Counted from the first letter of the stretch, positions 18,398 through 26,607 are shown. The stretch is 34,619 bases of DNA from Verrucomicrobiota bacterium (GCA_003217835.1 QHMQ01000097.1:1-34619), one strand, 5' to 3'. The notes: generated from the sequence alone by a model not told the origin. Translations and numbers: made by a program.

Positions 18398-21300
18398 TTA
18401 GCTGCATCCCTGGCTTGTTCCGCATTCAGTGCAAACGCCGCAGGCGCCGGCGCGGATCACTTTGTCACTGCCGCAATGCGAACAGACGATGTCCATGAAC
18501 ATATTTCCAAGCGCCTCTTGCACTCGGTCGGCATGGCTGCTGCCGTTGCCCACTACCTGCGGCGAGCCATCGTTCGGTGAATGACTTATGATTACGTCGA
18601 TCAGCTCCTTTTCGCCTGTCCGCGCCAGATCGGAGACGGGTCGATTGAGCGCCTTTTTCTCCATCTCCGGAATTTCTTTCAACGGCAATTCCGTTTGTCC
18701 GCGTGTTGGTGAGGTGGCTTCCTTGTAACCTTTGATGAACTGGCAGGCGAGCCAGCGAAAAACATAGTCAGTGATGCTAGTTGCGTTTCGAATGTCGGGA
18801 TTCTTTGTGAAGCCGCTCGGTTCAAATCGTTGGTAAGCGAATTTTTTCACGAGGCTCTCGAGCGGCACGCCATACTGCAGGGCAATCGAGGTGAGAGTGC
18901 CGACGGTATCCATCAATCCGCCGATCGTGCTTCCCTCCTTTGACATTGTGATGAAGAGTTCACCCGGCTGACCATCCTCGTACAGGCCAACCGTGATGTA
19001 ACCTTCATGTCCGGCGATCTCGAACCGGTGCGTGAGCGACATTCGCGTGTCCGGCATGCGATGCCTGATTGGCTTGTCAAGTTTGCCCCGCAGCATGCCG
19101 AGTTCTTCCTCCAGCTCGAGAATGCGCTTCTCAAATTGATCGCGCCCGATCGTAGTGGCATCCAACGCAACATCGACGTCTTCTACCGCGCCCATGTGTT
19201 TTGTTTTGCGTGTATTAAGAGGCGCGGAACGCTTTGAGCTGTCGCGATAAATCGCGATCGATTTCAATCCGAGTCGCCACCCTTCCACGTAGGTGTTCAT
19301 GATGTCGTCGACCGTGGCCGTTTCGGGCATGTTCACCGTTTTCGAAATCGCACCGCTAAGGAACGGCTGCGCCGCAGCCATCATCCGCAGGTGTGCCATG
19401 TAATTGAGGCTGCGTTCGCCTTTAAATGGCTTGAACGCACAATCGAACTCGATTGTATCGAACGCGTCGATGTGTGCGATGATCCGTTCGATTTCTTCGG
19501 AATTGTAACCCAGTTTCTCCAGGGCGGGTTTCACCGTCTGATTGACAATTTTGAGCATTCCGCCGCCTGCGAGCAGCTTGTATTTTACGAGCGCGATGTC
19601 CGGCTCAATCCCGGTCGTATCGCAATCCATCAGGAAACTGATTGTGCCCGTCGGGGCAAGAACGGTGACCTGCGCGTTACGATAGCCGTAGCGCTTCCCG
19701 AGCTCCGCTGCACTTTCCCAAACTTTCGCCGCTTCCTCTTTCAAATGCGCGAACTCTTCCGCGTCCGAAATTTCCCTCACCGCGCAACGGTGCAAATCAA
19801 TGACTTCCGACATTGACGCGACGTTGTCTTTGGCCACTGGCTTGGGCACCCCGCTGGCGCGCGCATCATGATAACCGGGGAACGGCCCAATCGACTGCGC
19901 CAACCGTGCGCTTTGCTCGTATGCTTCGCCGGTCATGATTGCGGTGATCGCGCCGCAGAGCGCCCGGCCCTCCACGCTGTCATAACCGAAACCGTAGCTC
20001 ATAACAAGCGAGCCAAGATTCGCGTAGCCAAGCCCAAGCGTACGGAAAATATGCGAATTTTCCGCGATTTCTTTTATCGGGTAACTTGCGTTGTCCACGA
20101 TGATTTCCTGCGCGGTAATAAAAATGCGCACGGCCGCCTTGAATCGCTCGACATCAAAGTCGCCGTCCGCTGCCTTGAACTTCATCAAGTTGAGCGACGC
20201 AAGATTGCAGGCAGTGTTATCGAGAAAGAGATATTCCGAGCAGGGGTTGGTGGAATTTTGCCGATCCGTGCCTTTGCACGTGTGCCACTTGTGGATCGTG
20301 GAATCGAATTGCATTCCGGGATCGCCGCAGACATGCGTTCCTTCGGCGATCTTGCGCAACAGCGTGCGAGCATCTTTGCGCTCGCACGGTTTGCCGTCGC
20401 GCACCCGTCGCGTCCACCACTCACGACCTTCGAGCGCTGCTTCCATGAACTCGTCGCTTACGCGCACGCTTAGGTTTTCGTTTTGATACATGACCGAGCC
20501 GTACGCGTCGCCGTTATAACTGCCGTCGTAACCTTGCTCGACCAGCGCCCAGGCTTTTTTTTCCTCTTTCTGCTTCGCGTCGATGAACTCCTCGATGTCG
20601 GGATGCCAATCTTTCAGGGTATTCATCTTCGCGGCGCGCCGCGTTTTGCCGCCGCTCTTCACCACGTTCGCGACCTGATCGTAAACTTTAAGAAACGAAA
20701 GCGGCCCGCTCGGCTTGCCGCCGCCGCTCAACTTTTCTCTTGTCGATCTTAGCGAAGAAAGATCAGTGCCCGTGCCGCTGCCATACTTGAAGAGCATCGC
20801 CTCGCTCATCGCCAGCCGCATGATGTCTTCCATCGTGTCGTCCACCCTTTGAATGAAACAGGCACTTCCTTGCGGGTATTCGTACTGTGACGTGGCCCGC
20901 TCAGCTTTGCCGATCTCGCGATTATAAAAATAATTGCCGGCTCCCCCACCTCTGCCCACGCCGTATTGGTGGTACAAGCCAACGTTGAACCAGACCGGCG
21001 AATTAAACGCTCCGTGCTGATTCAGACAAAGCCAGGTCAGGTCGTCGTGAAAAGTTTCCGCGGCCTCTGTATCCGCGAAGTAACCATCTGCAATTCCCCA
21101 GTCGGTAATCGTGCGCGTGACACGATGAATCAATTGCCGCACCGAAGTTTCTCTTCCGCCTTTATGCGGATCGGTGCCGTTCCCGATGTCGCCGTAGAAA
21201 TATTTTGAGACCGCTATCTTGGTTGCCAGCGCGCTCCAGCTTTTCGGGACCTCGATATTCTCCTGCTTGAAGATAACCTTGCCACTGTCATCATTGATCT

Positions 21301-21478
21301 CCGCTGTGCGCCGTTCCCATTCGATTTGATCGAAGGGCGAAACGGTAGCATCACTGAACATGCGCTTAAAACGCAGACCGGTATTTTTCTTCTTTTCAGC
21401 CCTGTTTTTTTGGCGCCCGGCCAGCTTAGACGGTTCATTAAGTGAAGCAGGCGGAATTCCGGGTCTTAGTTGAATCAT
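18398..21478 (-). CDS. nrdJ: class II (adenosylcobalamin-dependent) ribonucleotide reductase
   Basis: 1026-aa ORF with the active-site loop TNPCSEYLFLDNTACNLASLNL, plus GLGYANLG and ISKTVNMP. It has the long C-terminal region of large NrdJ proteins, ending in a Cys-rich tail CSHCGS...CGVCTECG. Confidence 0.95.
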   Translation of the reverse strand: MIQLRPGIPPASLNEPSKLAGRQKNRAEKKKNTGLRFKRMFSDATVSPFDQIEWERRTAEINDDSGKVIFKQENIEVPKSWSALATKIAVSKYFYGDIGNGTDPHKGGRETSVRQLIHRVTRTITDWGIADGYFADTEAAETFHDDLTWLCLNQHGAFNSPVWFNVGLYHQYGVGRGGGAGNYFYNREIGKAERATSQYEYPQGSACFIQRVDDTMEDIMRLAMSEAMLFKYGSGTGTDLSSLRSTREKLSGGGKPSGPLSFLKVYDQVANVVKSGGKTRRAAKMNTLKDWHPDIEEFIDAKQKEEKKAWALVEQGYDGSYNGDAYGSVMYQNENLSVRVSDEFMEAALEGREWWTRRVRDGKPCERKDARTLLRKIAEGTHVCGDPGMQFDSTIHKWHTCKGTDRQNSTNPCSEYLFLDNTACNLASLNLMKFKAADGDFDVERFKAAVRIFITAQEIIVDNASYPIKEIAENSHIFRTLGLGYANLGSLVMSYGFGYDSVEGRALCGAITAIMTGEAYEQSARLAQSIGPFPGYHDARASGVPKPVAKDNVASMSEVIDLHRCAVREISDAEEFAHLKEEAAKVWESAAELGKRYGYRNAQVTVLAPTGTISFLMDCDTTGIEPDIALVKYKLLAGGGMLKIVNQTVKPALEKLGYNSEEIERIIAHIDAFDTIEFDCAFKPFKGERSLNYMAHLRMMAAAQPFLSGAISKTVNMPETATVDDIMNTYVEGWRLGLKSIAIYRDSSKRSAPLNTRKTKHMGAVEDVDVALDATTIGRDQFEKRILELEEELGMLRGKLDKPIRHRMPDTRMSLTHRFEIAGHEGYITVGLYEDGQPGELFITMSKEGSTIGGLMDTVGTLTSIALQYGVPLESLVKKFAYQRFEPSGFTKNPDIRNATSITDYVFRWLACQFIKGYKEATSPTRGQTELPLKEIPEMEKKALNRPVSDLARTGEKELIDVIISHSPNDGSPQVVGNGSSHADRVQEALGNMFMDIVCSHCGSDKVIRAGACGVCTECGTSQGCS

Positions 21479-21591
21479 GGCGGTGAAGCGGGTTGAGGTT
21501 GTGAATTAGGTGCGAATAATCGTGAACAGCGGTGCTAATAACCTGTGAAATCGAGTCAACAACAAGTAATAGCGGGCGTTGCCCAGCGGAC

Positions 21592-21607
21592 ACACAATAT
21601 GCAGTAC
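21592..21607. promoter_or_regulatory. possible NrdR-box-like element in the nrdJ leader
   Basis: ACACAATATgcagtac. The left 9 nt match one arm of the NrdR palindrome consensus acaCwAtATaTwGtgt (recalled from the literature) perfectly, and the other arm matches poorly. No convincing second tandem box is present. Confidence 0.25.
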
Positions 21608-21672
21608 CAAAAGCACCCGAGGCAAGCCTAAAATTGTAACATTTTTGTATCCCCGTTTTGCGGAGACCGGAG

Positions 21673-21701
21673 TTTACAATAACACCCGTGCAATTGATAA
21701 T
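21673..21701 (+). promoter_or_regulatory. sigma70-like promoter for tRNA-Ser
   Basis: TTTACA, a 17-nt spacer, then GATAAT, each matching its consensus at 5 of 6 positions. A GC-rich discriminator (cagcgctggg) follows. The -10 ends 31 nt before the mature tRNA 5' end. Confidence 0.45.
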
Positions 21702-21732
21702 CAGCGCTGGGAACCGGCGATTTGCGAAAAAG

Positions 21733-21822
21733 GGAAGGGTGGCTGAGTCCGGTTTAAGGCACTCGACTCGAAATCGAGCGTGGGGTAACCCACCGTGGGT
21801 TCGAATCCCACCCCTTCCGCCA
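21733..21822 (+). tRNA. tRNA-Ser (anticodon CGA), CCA encoded
   Basis: I folded the cloverleaf by hand. Acceptor stem GGAAGGG/CCCTTCC. Anticodon stem CTCGA/TCGAG with loop CT-CGA-AA. Long variable arm GTGGG-gtaa-CCCAC. T arm GTGGG-TTCGAAT-CCCAC. Discriminator G followed by CCA. Confidence 0.93.
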
Positions 21823-22001
21823 TCTTGATTCTTGGGAACGTTGAGATTCTCATCGACGCAAAATTGGAGACACTATTTTTTATGGAAAACAAACTCGATC
21901 GCCTCGAGCGGGAAACACGCGCCGCGGCGTCGAGAAGCGAAATCACAAAGGAGGATTCCTCCCGCGCCTCGAAGAATCTATAAAAAAACGGGAAAGGCCG
22001 C

Positions 22002-22655
22002 ATGGAAAGAGCTTTTCCAAATCGAACAGCAGCCGGGCGTTTGCTCGCAGAAAAGCTCATTAAGTATGCCGGTCGCGATGACGTGATTGTTCTTGGTCTC
22101 CCGCGAGGCGGTGTGCCGGTTGCCTACGAGGTGGCGAAGCGATTGAACGTGCCTCTCGATGTTTTCATCGTGCGCAAATTGGGTGTCCCCGGCTTTGAAG
22201 AACTCGCCGCCGGTGCGATCGCCTCCGGCGGCGTGCGCGTTTTGAACGAAGACGTCATGCGCGCCTTGCCTAACGCGGATGAAGCCATTGAATCGGTAAC
22301 GGCGAGAGAAACCGCCGAGCTGGAACGGCGCGAGCAAAGTTATCGCGAGGGGCACCCCGCACCGGAGCTGCGCGATCGTGTTGTCATTCTGGTGGATGAC
22401 GGTCTGGCGACCGGGGCAACCATGCGCGCTGCGATCAAGGGGTTGCGGCAGCGCGGTGTCGCGAAAATCGTCGTAGGAGTGCCGGTTGGTCCGCCGGATA
22501 CTTGTCGCGAATTCGAGGAAGAAGCCGACGAAACGATTTGCGCGACCGCGCCCGAATTTTTTCAGGCAGTCGCTCAGTATTACGAAGATTTTCCCCAAAC
22601 GAGCGACGAAGAAGTGCGCGACCTGCTCGCACGCGCTGCGCAGAGGAATGAATGA
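22002..22655 (+). CDS. predicted phosphoribosyltransferase (type I PRTase fold, COG1926-like), substrate unknown
   Basis: 217-aa ORF with FxNRxxAGRxLA..., VLGLPRGGVPVA and the PRPP-binding loop VVILVDDGLATGATMRAA. Confidence 0.85.
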   Translation: MERAFPNRTAAGRLLAEKLIKYAGRDDVIVLGLPRGGVPVAYEVAKRLNVPLDVFIVRKLGVPGFEELAAGAIASGGVRVLNEDVMRALPNADEAIESVTARETAELERREQSYREGHPAPELRDRVVILVDDGLATGATMRAAIKGLRQRGVAKIVVGVPVGPPDTCREFEEEADETICATAPEFFQAVAQYYEDFPQTSDEEVRDLLARAAQRNE

Positions 22656-23314
22656 TGCACCTGGAAGAAGTGCAAATTCAGGCTGGACCTGCGGCTCTCT
22701 CTGGGAATTTGAGCATTCCCGAGAAGGCCACCGCGCTGGTTCTTTTCGTTCACGGCAGCGGCAGCAGCCGGCACAGTCCGCGGAATCAATTCGTCGCGCG
22801 CACTTTGAACAATGCCGGACTAGGGACACTCCTGTTCGATCTGCTTACGCCGGAAGAGGAAGCGATCGACGCACGCACTGCCGAACTTCGATTCAACATT
22901 AAACTGCTTGCGGAGCGGCTTGTTCACGCGACCAACTGGGCAAAGCAGCAGCAGGAAACTCGCAGTTTGCGGATTGGTTATTTTGGATCGAGCACGGGGG
23001 GCGGCGCGGCGCTGGTTGCAGCTGCGGAGGGGTCGCAAGATGTCGGAGCGGTGGTTTCGCGCGGAGGCCGCCCCGATTTGGCAGGCGAAGCGTTGCCGAA
23101 AGTGCAAGTGCCTACCTTGCTCATCGTCGGTGGAGACGACGATATCGTGATCGAACTAAACGAGCAGGCGCGCGATCGGATGCACTGCGAAGTGAAGCTC
23201 GAGATCGTTCCCGGCGCGACGCATCTCTTTGAAGAACCGGGCGCCCTCGAGCGAGTCGCGCACCTGGCGAGCAATTGGTTCGTCGATCACATTGGCGCGA
23301 AATCCGAACTGTAG
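22652..23314 (+). CDS. dienelactone-hydrolase-family alpha/beta hydrolase
   Basis: 220-aa ORF with VLFVHGSGSSRHSPRN and a nucleophile elbow GSSTGG. The C-terminal region LIVGGDD...PGATHLFEEPG supplies the Asp and His candidates. The start overlaps the PRTase stop (ATGA, 22652..22655). Confidence 0.85.
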   Translation: MMHLEEVQIQAGPAALSGNLSIPEKATALVLFVHGSGSSRHSPRNQFVARTLNNAGLGTLLFDLLTPEEEAIDARTAELRFNIKLLAERLVHATNWAKQQQETRSLRIGYFGSSTGGGAALVAAAEGSQDVGAVVSRGGRPDLAGEALPKVQVPTLLIVGGDDDIVIELNEQARDRMHCEVKLEIVPGATHLFEEPGALERVAHLASNWFVDHIGAKSEL

Positions 23315-23333
23315 CGGTGGTCTACGACCGCCG
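23315..23333. terminator. hairpin between the convergent hydrolase and comA-like genes
   Basis: CGGTGGTC-tac-GACCGCCG, 8 bp including one G-U pair. It starts immediately after the hydrolase stop. No U-tract follows on either strand, so terminator function is uncertain. Confidence 0.3.
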
Positions 23334-23348
23334 AACCGACAAAATTTG

Positions 23349-24194
23349 TCAGCGCGACTCTTTGTAAGTCACAACGCGTCCCCACAAGCTCTTGGTCCCC
23401 CAAATGCCGGCACGTAGGCATTCCAGCTGAACAATCTGACTGTGATCGACGAAGAGATTCACCTCCGCGCCATAGTTTTTAATATACCACGCGAACACAT
23501 CCGGATCGGCGGCTTCGAACATGAGTTTCTCCGTCCCGATCTCGTCTATCAATCGCGCGGGCACATCCGTCCGCCATGGATCGACATTCTCGGTGATGCC
23601 TTCACTCTCGATCATGATGATCTCAGCGCCCGCATCGAGAAATCGTTTTGCCTGTGTGATCGCCCAGCTCGGATCGCGCGTTCCTTCGGCCTCAAGTTCT
23701 GCGGCAGCGGTCGCGCCACCCGCCCCGAATTGAATCCCAACTTCGGGCTTCGCCTTCATTCCGGACTTGCGCACAAGTTCAATGAGTCGCAGCCAGTCGT
23801 CGGTCGGAATTGAGACAAAACCGGCCGAGATTTCGACAATATCAAAGTCGAGCTTCTTGCATTCGGTGACGTATTGCCGCACCGCGCCTCCGTCTTGCGC
23901 AAGCACGCGCTCGACGAAACCGCCGGTGGAAACGAGCACGTCATGCTTGTGGCAAAGATCGACAATATCCCGAACAGTTTGAGGAGACATCAGAGTGAAC
24001 GAACCGCCAGCGAATTTCAGCGAATCGACATAAGTGCCCATCATTTCAAACAAGTCTTCCAAGTAACGTCGACCGACGACTGAGTAATACGGACCGCGGA
24101 TTTCCGTTAGTCCGCGCTTGCGCGGCTTGGTTTCGCGCTCGTTGACGCGGAGAAATGGAAAACTGCGGTCGCCTTTGGTGTTGTTTGCTTTCAT
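23349..24194 (-). CDS. phosphosulfolactate synthase family protein (ComA/YitD-like)
   Basis: 281-aa ORF. The pattern ..ETKPRKRGLTEIRGPYY.., YVDSLKFAGGSFTLM, DVLVSTGGFVE, DIVEISAGFVSIP and KPEVGIQFG matches my recollection of the ComA (PF02679) TIM-barrel family. Confidence 0.8.
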   Translation of the reverse strand: MKANNTKGDRSFPFLRVNERETKPRKRGLTEIRGPYYSVVGRRYLEDLFEMMGTYVDSLKFAGGSFTLMSPQTVRDIVDLCHKHDVLVSTGGFVERVLAQDGGAVRQYVTECKKLDFDIVEISAGFVSIPTDDWLRLIELVRKSGMKAKPEVGIQFGAGGATAAAELEAEGTRDPSWAITQAKRFLDAGAEIIMIESEGITENVDPWRTDVPARLIDEIGTEKLMFEAADPDVFAWYIKNYGAEVNLFVDHSQIVQLECLRAGIWGTKSLWGRVVTYKESR

Positions 24195-24244
24195 CTACTC
24201 TCAACTAACGAACGTAGCCCGATGCTCAACCGGCCGCCTGGGTG

Positions 24245-24271
24245 GGTAGCGCACGCGTCTCGTGCGCTACC
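24245..24271. repeat. perfect inverted repeat (11-bp arms, 5-nt spacer) in the comA/pncB divergent spacer
   Basis: GGTAGCGCACG-cgtct-CGTGCGCTACC, read directly from the sequence. About 50 nt separate it from the comA-like ATG and about 47 nt from the pncB TTG. Confidence 0.6.
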
Positions 24272-24318
24272 GCGACACTCGCGTAAACAGCCCGCGTGCC
24301 TAAATTGCCCAGCTAGAA

Positions 24319-25638
24319 TTGAACCCGCCAGCATATAAGTTCTCCGCACTGACGACGGACCTTTATGAGGTCACGATGGCGTGTGGTTATTGGAAAGCCG
24401 GGGTGAGCGATCACGAAGCGGCATTTCACGTCATGTTTCGCGAAAATCCATTTGGTGGAGAATTCACCATCGCGTGCGGGCTCGCGACGGCTATCGATTT
24501 TGTACGACAATTCCAATTTCAAGAAAGTGAGATCGAGTATCTCGCCTCGCAATGCGGAAACGACGGCAACCCGCTGTTTGACGCCGGTTTTCTAGATTAT
24601 CTGCGCGCGCTGCGACCGAGCTGTGACATTGATGCGATGCCGGAGGGATCGCTTGTTTTCCCGAACGAGCCGCTCATTCGGGTCTGCGGTCCAATCATTC
24701 ACTGTCAACTGCTGGAAACCGCTTTGCTGACTATTTTAAATTTTCAAAGCCTGATCGCTACGAAAGCCGCGCGGGTTTGCATGGCTGCTGAAAATGACGC
24801 GGTGATCGAGTTTGGATTGCGCCGAGCTCAGGGAATGGACGGCGGTCTGAGCGCGGCGCGTGCTACTTACATCGGTGGATGCGCGGGAACATCGAACTTG
24901 CTCGCGGGTCAGCACTACGGCATTCCGGTGAGCGGCACGCAAGCGCACAGTTGGATCATGTTTTTTGAAAACGAGCGCGAAGCATTTCAAACTTACGCCC
25001 GAGCACTGCCGAACAACTGCGTCTTCCTGGTGGACACATACAACTCGCTCGACGGCGTACGTCGGGCGATCGCTGTGGCTAAAAAGTTGCAGAAAGATCA
25101 ACATGAAATCATCGGCGTGCGGCTCGATTCGGGTGATCGCGTAGCCTTGAGCATCGAAGCGCGAAAAATGCTCGATGAAGCCGATTTTCCGGATGCGAAG
25201 ATTGTTTGCTCGGGCGACTTGGATGAATTCGCAATCGCGGAACTGAAAAGGCGACGAGCGAAGATCGACATCTGGGGTGTGGGCACGAAGCTCAGCACCG
25301 GTCAACCAGACGCGGCGTTGGGTGGCGTTTATAAACTCGGCGCGGTGCGGCCTTCGGGCGAGCAATGGCGGTATCGGATCAAACTTTCCGATGAGGCGGC
25401 GAAAACGTCGTGCCCGGGTTTGTTGCAGGTACGCCGGTTCTATCAGTCGGGCGGCAGATTCATTGCTGACGCGATTTATGAAATCGATCACGCAATCAGC
25501 GAGCCTTCCGTAATTGTCGACGTTGGAACCGAGAGGCGGACTGAGATTCCCGCACGGACCGACTATGTCGATTTGCTCGTTCCGATTTTTCGCCAAGGCG
25601 AACTTGTTTATCGTGTCGCCGGAGATTTTGAAATTTGA
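24319..25638 (+). CDS. pncB: nicotinate phosphoribosyltransferase
   Basis: 439-aa ORF with SALTTDLYEVTMACGYW, GLRRAQG, GTSN, SGTQAHSW and GVRLDSGD. The TTG start at 24319 is needed to include the conserved N-terminus. Confidence 0.9.
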   Translation: MNPPAYKFSALTTDLYEVTMACGYWKAGVSDHEAAFHVMFRENPFGGEFTIACGLATAIDFVRQFQFQESEIEYLASQCGNDGNPLFDAGFLDYLRALRPSCDIDAMPEGSLVFPNEPLIRVCGPIIHCQLLETALLTILNFQSLIATKAARVCMAAENDAVIEFGLRRAQGMDGGLSAARATYIGGCAGTSNLLAGQHYGIPVSGTQAHSWIMFFENEREAFQTYARALPNNCVFLVDTYNSLDGVRRAIAVAKKLQKDQHEIIGVRLDSGDRVALSIEARKMLDEADFPDAKIVCSGDLDEFAIAELKRRRAKIDIWGVGTKLSTGQPDAALGGVYKLGAVRPSGEQWRYRIKLSDEAAKTSCPGLLQVRRFYQSGGRFIADAIYEIDHAISEPSVIVDVGTERRTEIPARTDYVDLLVPIFRQGELVYRVAGDFEI

Positions 25639-25734
25639 GAAGCCGCGCCGATACGATGTCGGCCTTGAAAACTCACTGCATGAATTAAGATCGAAATTGA
25701 TCTCGCGCGCAAAGAAGCAGCGCAATCGAGTCGA

Positions 25735-26367
25735 ATGAATGCCTTGATCATTGTCGATCTTCAGAATGATTTTTTGCCTGGCGGCGCGTTGCCGGTCCCG
25801 CGCGGCGACGAAGTTATTTCGCTCGCCAACGAATTGCAGCAACGCTTCGAGCTGGTTCTTGCCACGCAGGACTGGCATCCGCCAAACCACGGCAGCTTTG
25901 CCGCAAATCATCCGGGCAAAAAGCCCGGCGATCGCATCAAGCTCGATGGCATCGAGCAAATCCTCTGGCCAGTCCATTGCGTTCAAAATACGCACGGCGC
26001 TGAATTCGCTCCGTCATTCAACACAAGCAGAATCGCTCACATGTTTCACAAGGGAATCGATCCGCGTATCGACAGCTACAGCACGTTTTTTGACAATGCG
26101 CATCGTAGGGAAACGGGACTCGCCGACTATTTGAAGGAGCGCGCCATCCGGGACATTTATCTGCTCGGTCTGGCGCTGGACTATTGTGTGAAATACAGCG
26201 CACTCGATGCGCGGCAGCTCGGCCTCAACACACACGTGATCGCAGACGGGTGTCGTGGAATCGGCCTCGAACCGGGCGACGTGGATCGTGCGTTCGATGA
26301 TATGAAACGAGCGGGTGCGGTTCTCCTGGAAAGTCGCGAGCTGTCGTTAGGCGGGAAGCACGGTTGA
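25735..26367 (+). CDS. pncA: nicotinamidase/pyrazinamidase (isochorismatase family)
   Basis: 210-aa ORF with ALIIVDLQNDFLPGGAL, DWHP.NH, KG and the catalytic-Cys region LGLALDYCVKYSALDA. Confidence 0.9.
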   Translation: MNALIIVDLQNDFLPGGALPVPRGDEVISLANELQQRFELVLATQDWHPPNHGSFAANHPGKKPGDRIKLDGIEQILWPVHCVQNTHGAEFAPSFNTSRIAHMFHKGIDPRIDSYSTFFDNAHRRETGLADYLKERAIRDIYLLGLALDYCVKYSALDARQLGLNTHVIADGCRGIGLEPGDVDRAFDDMKRAGAVLLESRELSLGGKHG

Positions 26368-26607
26368 AAGCGTCACTTCGCTGTCGATCGTTTGGCTCAA
26401 GACGTTCTCGACGGTTGCTCCAATTTTCGATCCATCGCGATCGACGATCCAGCACTGCTGGCCTTCCGTGAATGGCCCCCGCGTCATCACTTTAAGCAAC
26501 ACACCCCCTGCCGTAGCCGGATCGTCGAGTACCTCGGCACAAATCGCTTCTGTCTTACCGAAGTCGGTCAGCAGCGTCAGCTTGTCGTCGATTTTAGGTT
26601 TTTGCAT
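26347..26607 (-). CDS. small hypothetical protein (86 aa from the internal ATG)
   Basis: Open frame MQKPKIDDKLTLLTDFGKTEAICAEVLDD...VENVLSQTIDSEVTLSTVLPA. I recognised no family. Its 3' end overlaps the pncA 3' end by 21 nt (convergent). The track ORF extension to 26688 would leave only 7 nt before treT. Confidence 0.4.
   Translation of the reverse strand: MQKPKIDDKLTLLTDFGKTEAICAEVLDDPATAGGVLLKVMTRGPFTEGQQCWIVDRDGSKIGATVENVLSQTIDSEVTLSTVLPA

Noticed and set aside
21661-21670. CGGAGACCGG, which resembles the core of the cobalamin-riboswitch B12 box, lies near the B12-dependent nrdJ.
   Set aside because: It is on the plus strand, the wrong orientation for the nrdJ leader, and the flanking B12-box positions do not match. 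B12 riboswitches normally control B12-independent isozymes or transport genes, not nrdJ. It is probably a chance decamer.
21701-22060. 119-aa minus-strand ORF covering the tRNA-Ser gene.
   Set aside because: It is the antisense of a well-folded tRNA, so it is an artefact of ORF calling.
21978-22829. 283-aa minus-strand ORF antisense to the PRTase and the hydrolase start. The same applies to other long antisense ORFs at 27980-28753 (opposite sodC), 12475-13206 (opposite the TPR gene), 3307-4011 and 3962-4702 (opposite phoU/pstB/pstA), 33949-34494 (opposite the SnoaL-like gene) and 2222-2884 (opposite ppk).
   Set aside because: Each overlaps a confidently assigned gene on the other strand. Each has a low-complexity Arg/Cys/Ser-rich translation without motifs.
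21733-24200. Possible genomic island integrated at the tRNA-Ser 3' end.
   Set aside because: No integrase or other mobility gene follows the tRNA. By eye I found only 8-nt chance matches (ccttccgc) to the tRNA 3' end downstream, not a direct-repeat att site. I also saw no obvious compositional break.
24736-25995. 419-aa minus-strand ORF antisense to pncB and the start of pncA.
   Set aside because: It lies entirely opposite two genes with strong family motifs. The translation is Arg/Ser/Ala-rich with no recognisable motif. This is typical shadow-ORF behaviour in GC-rich DNA.
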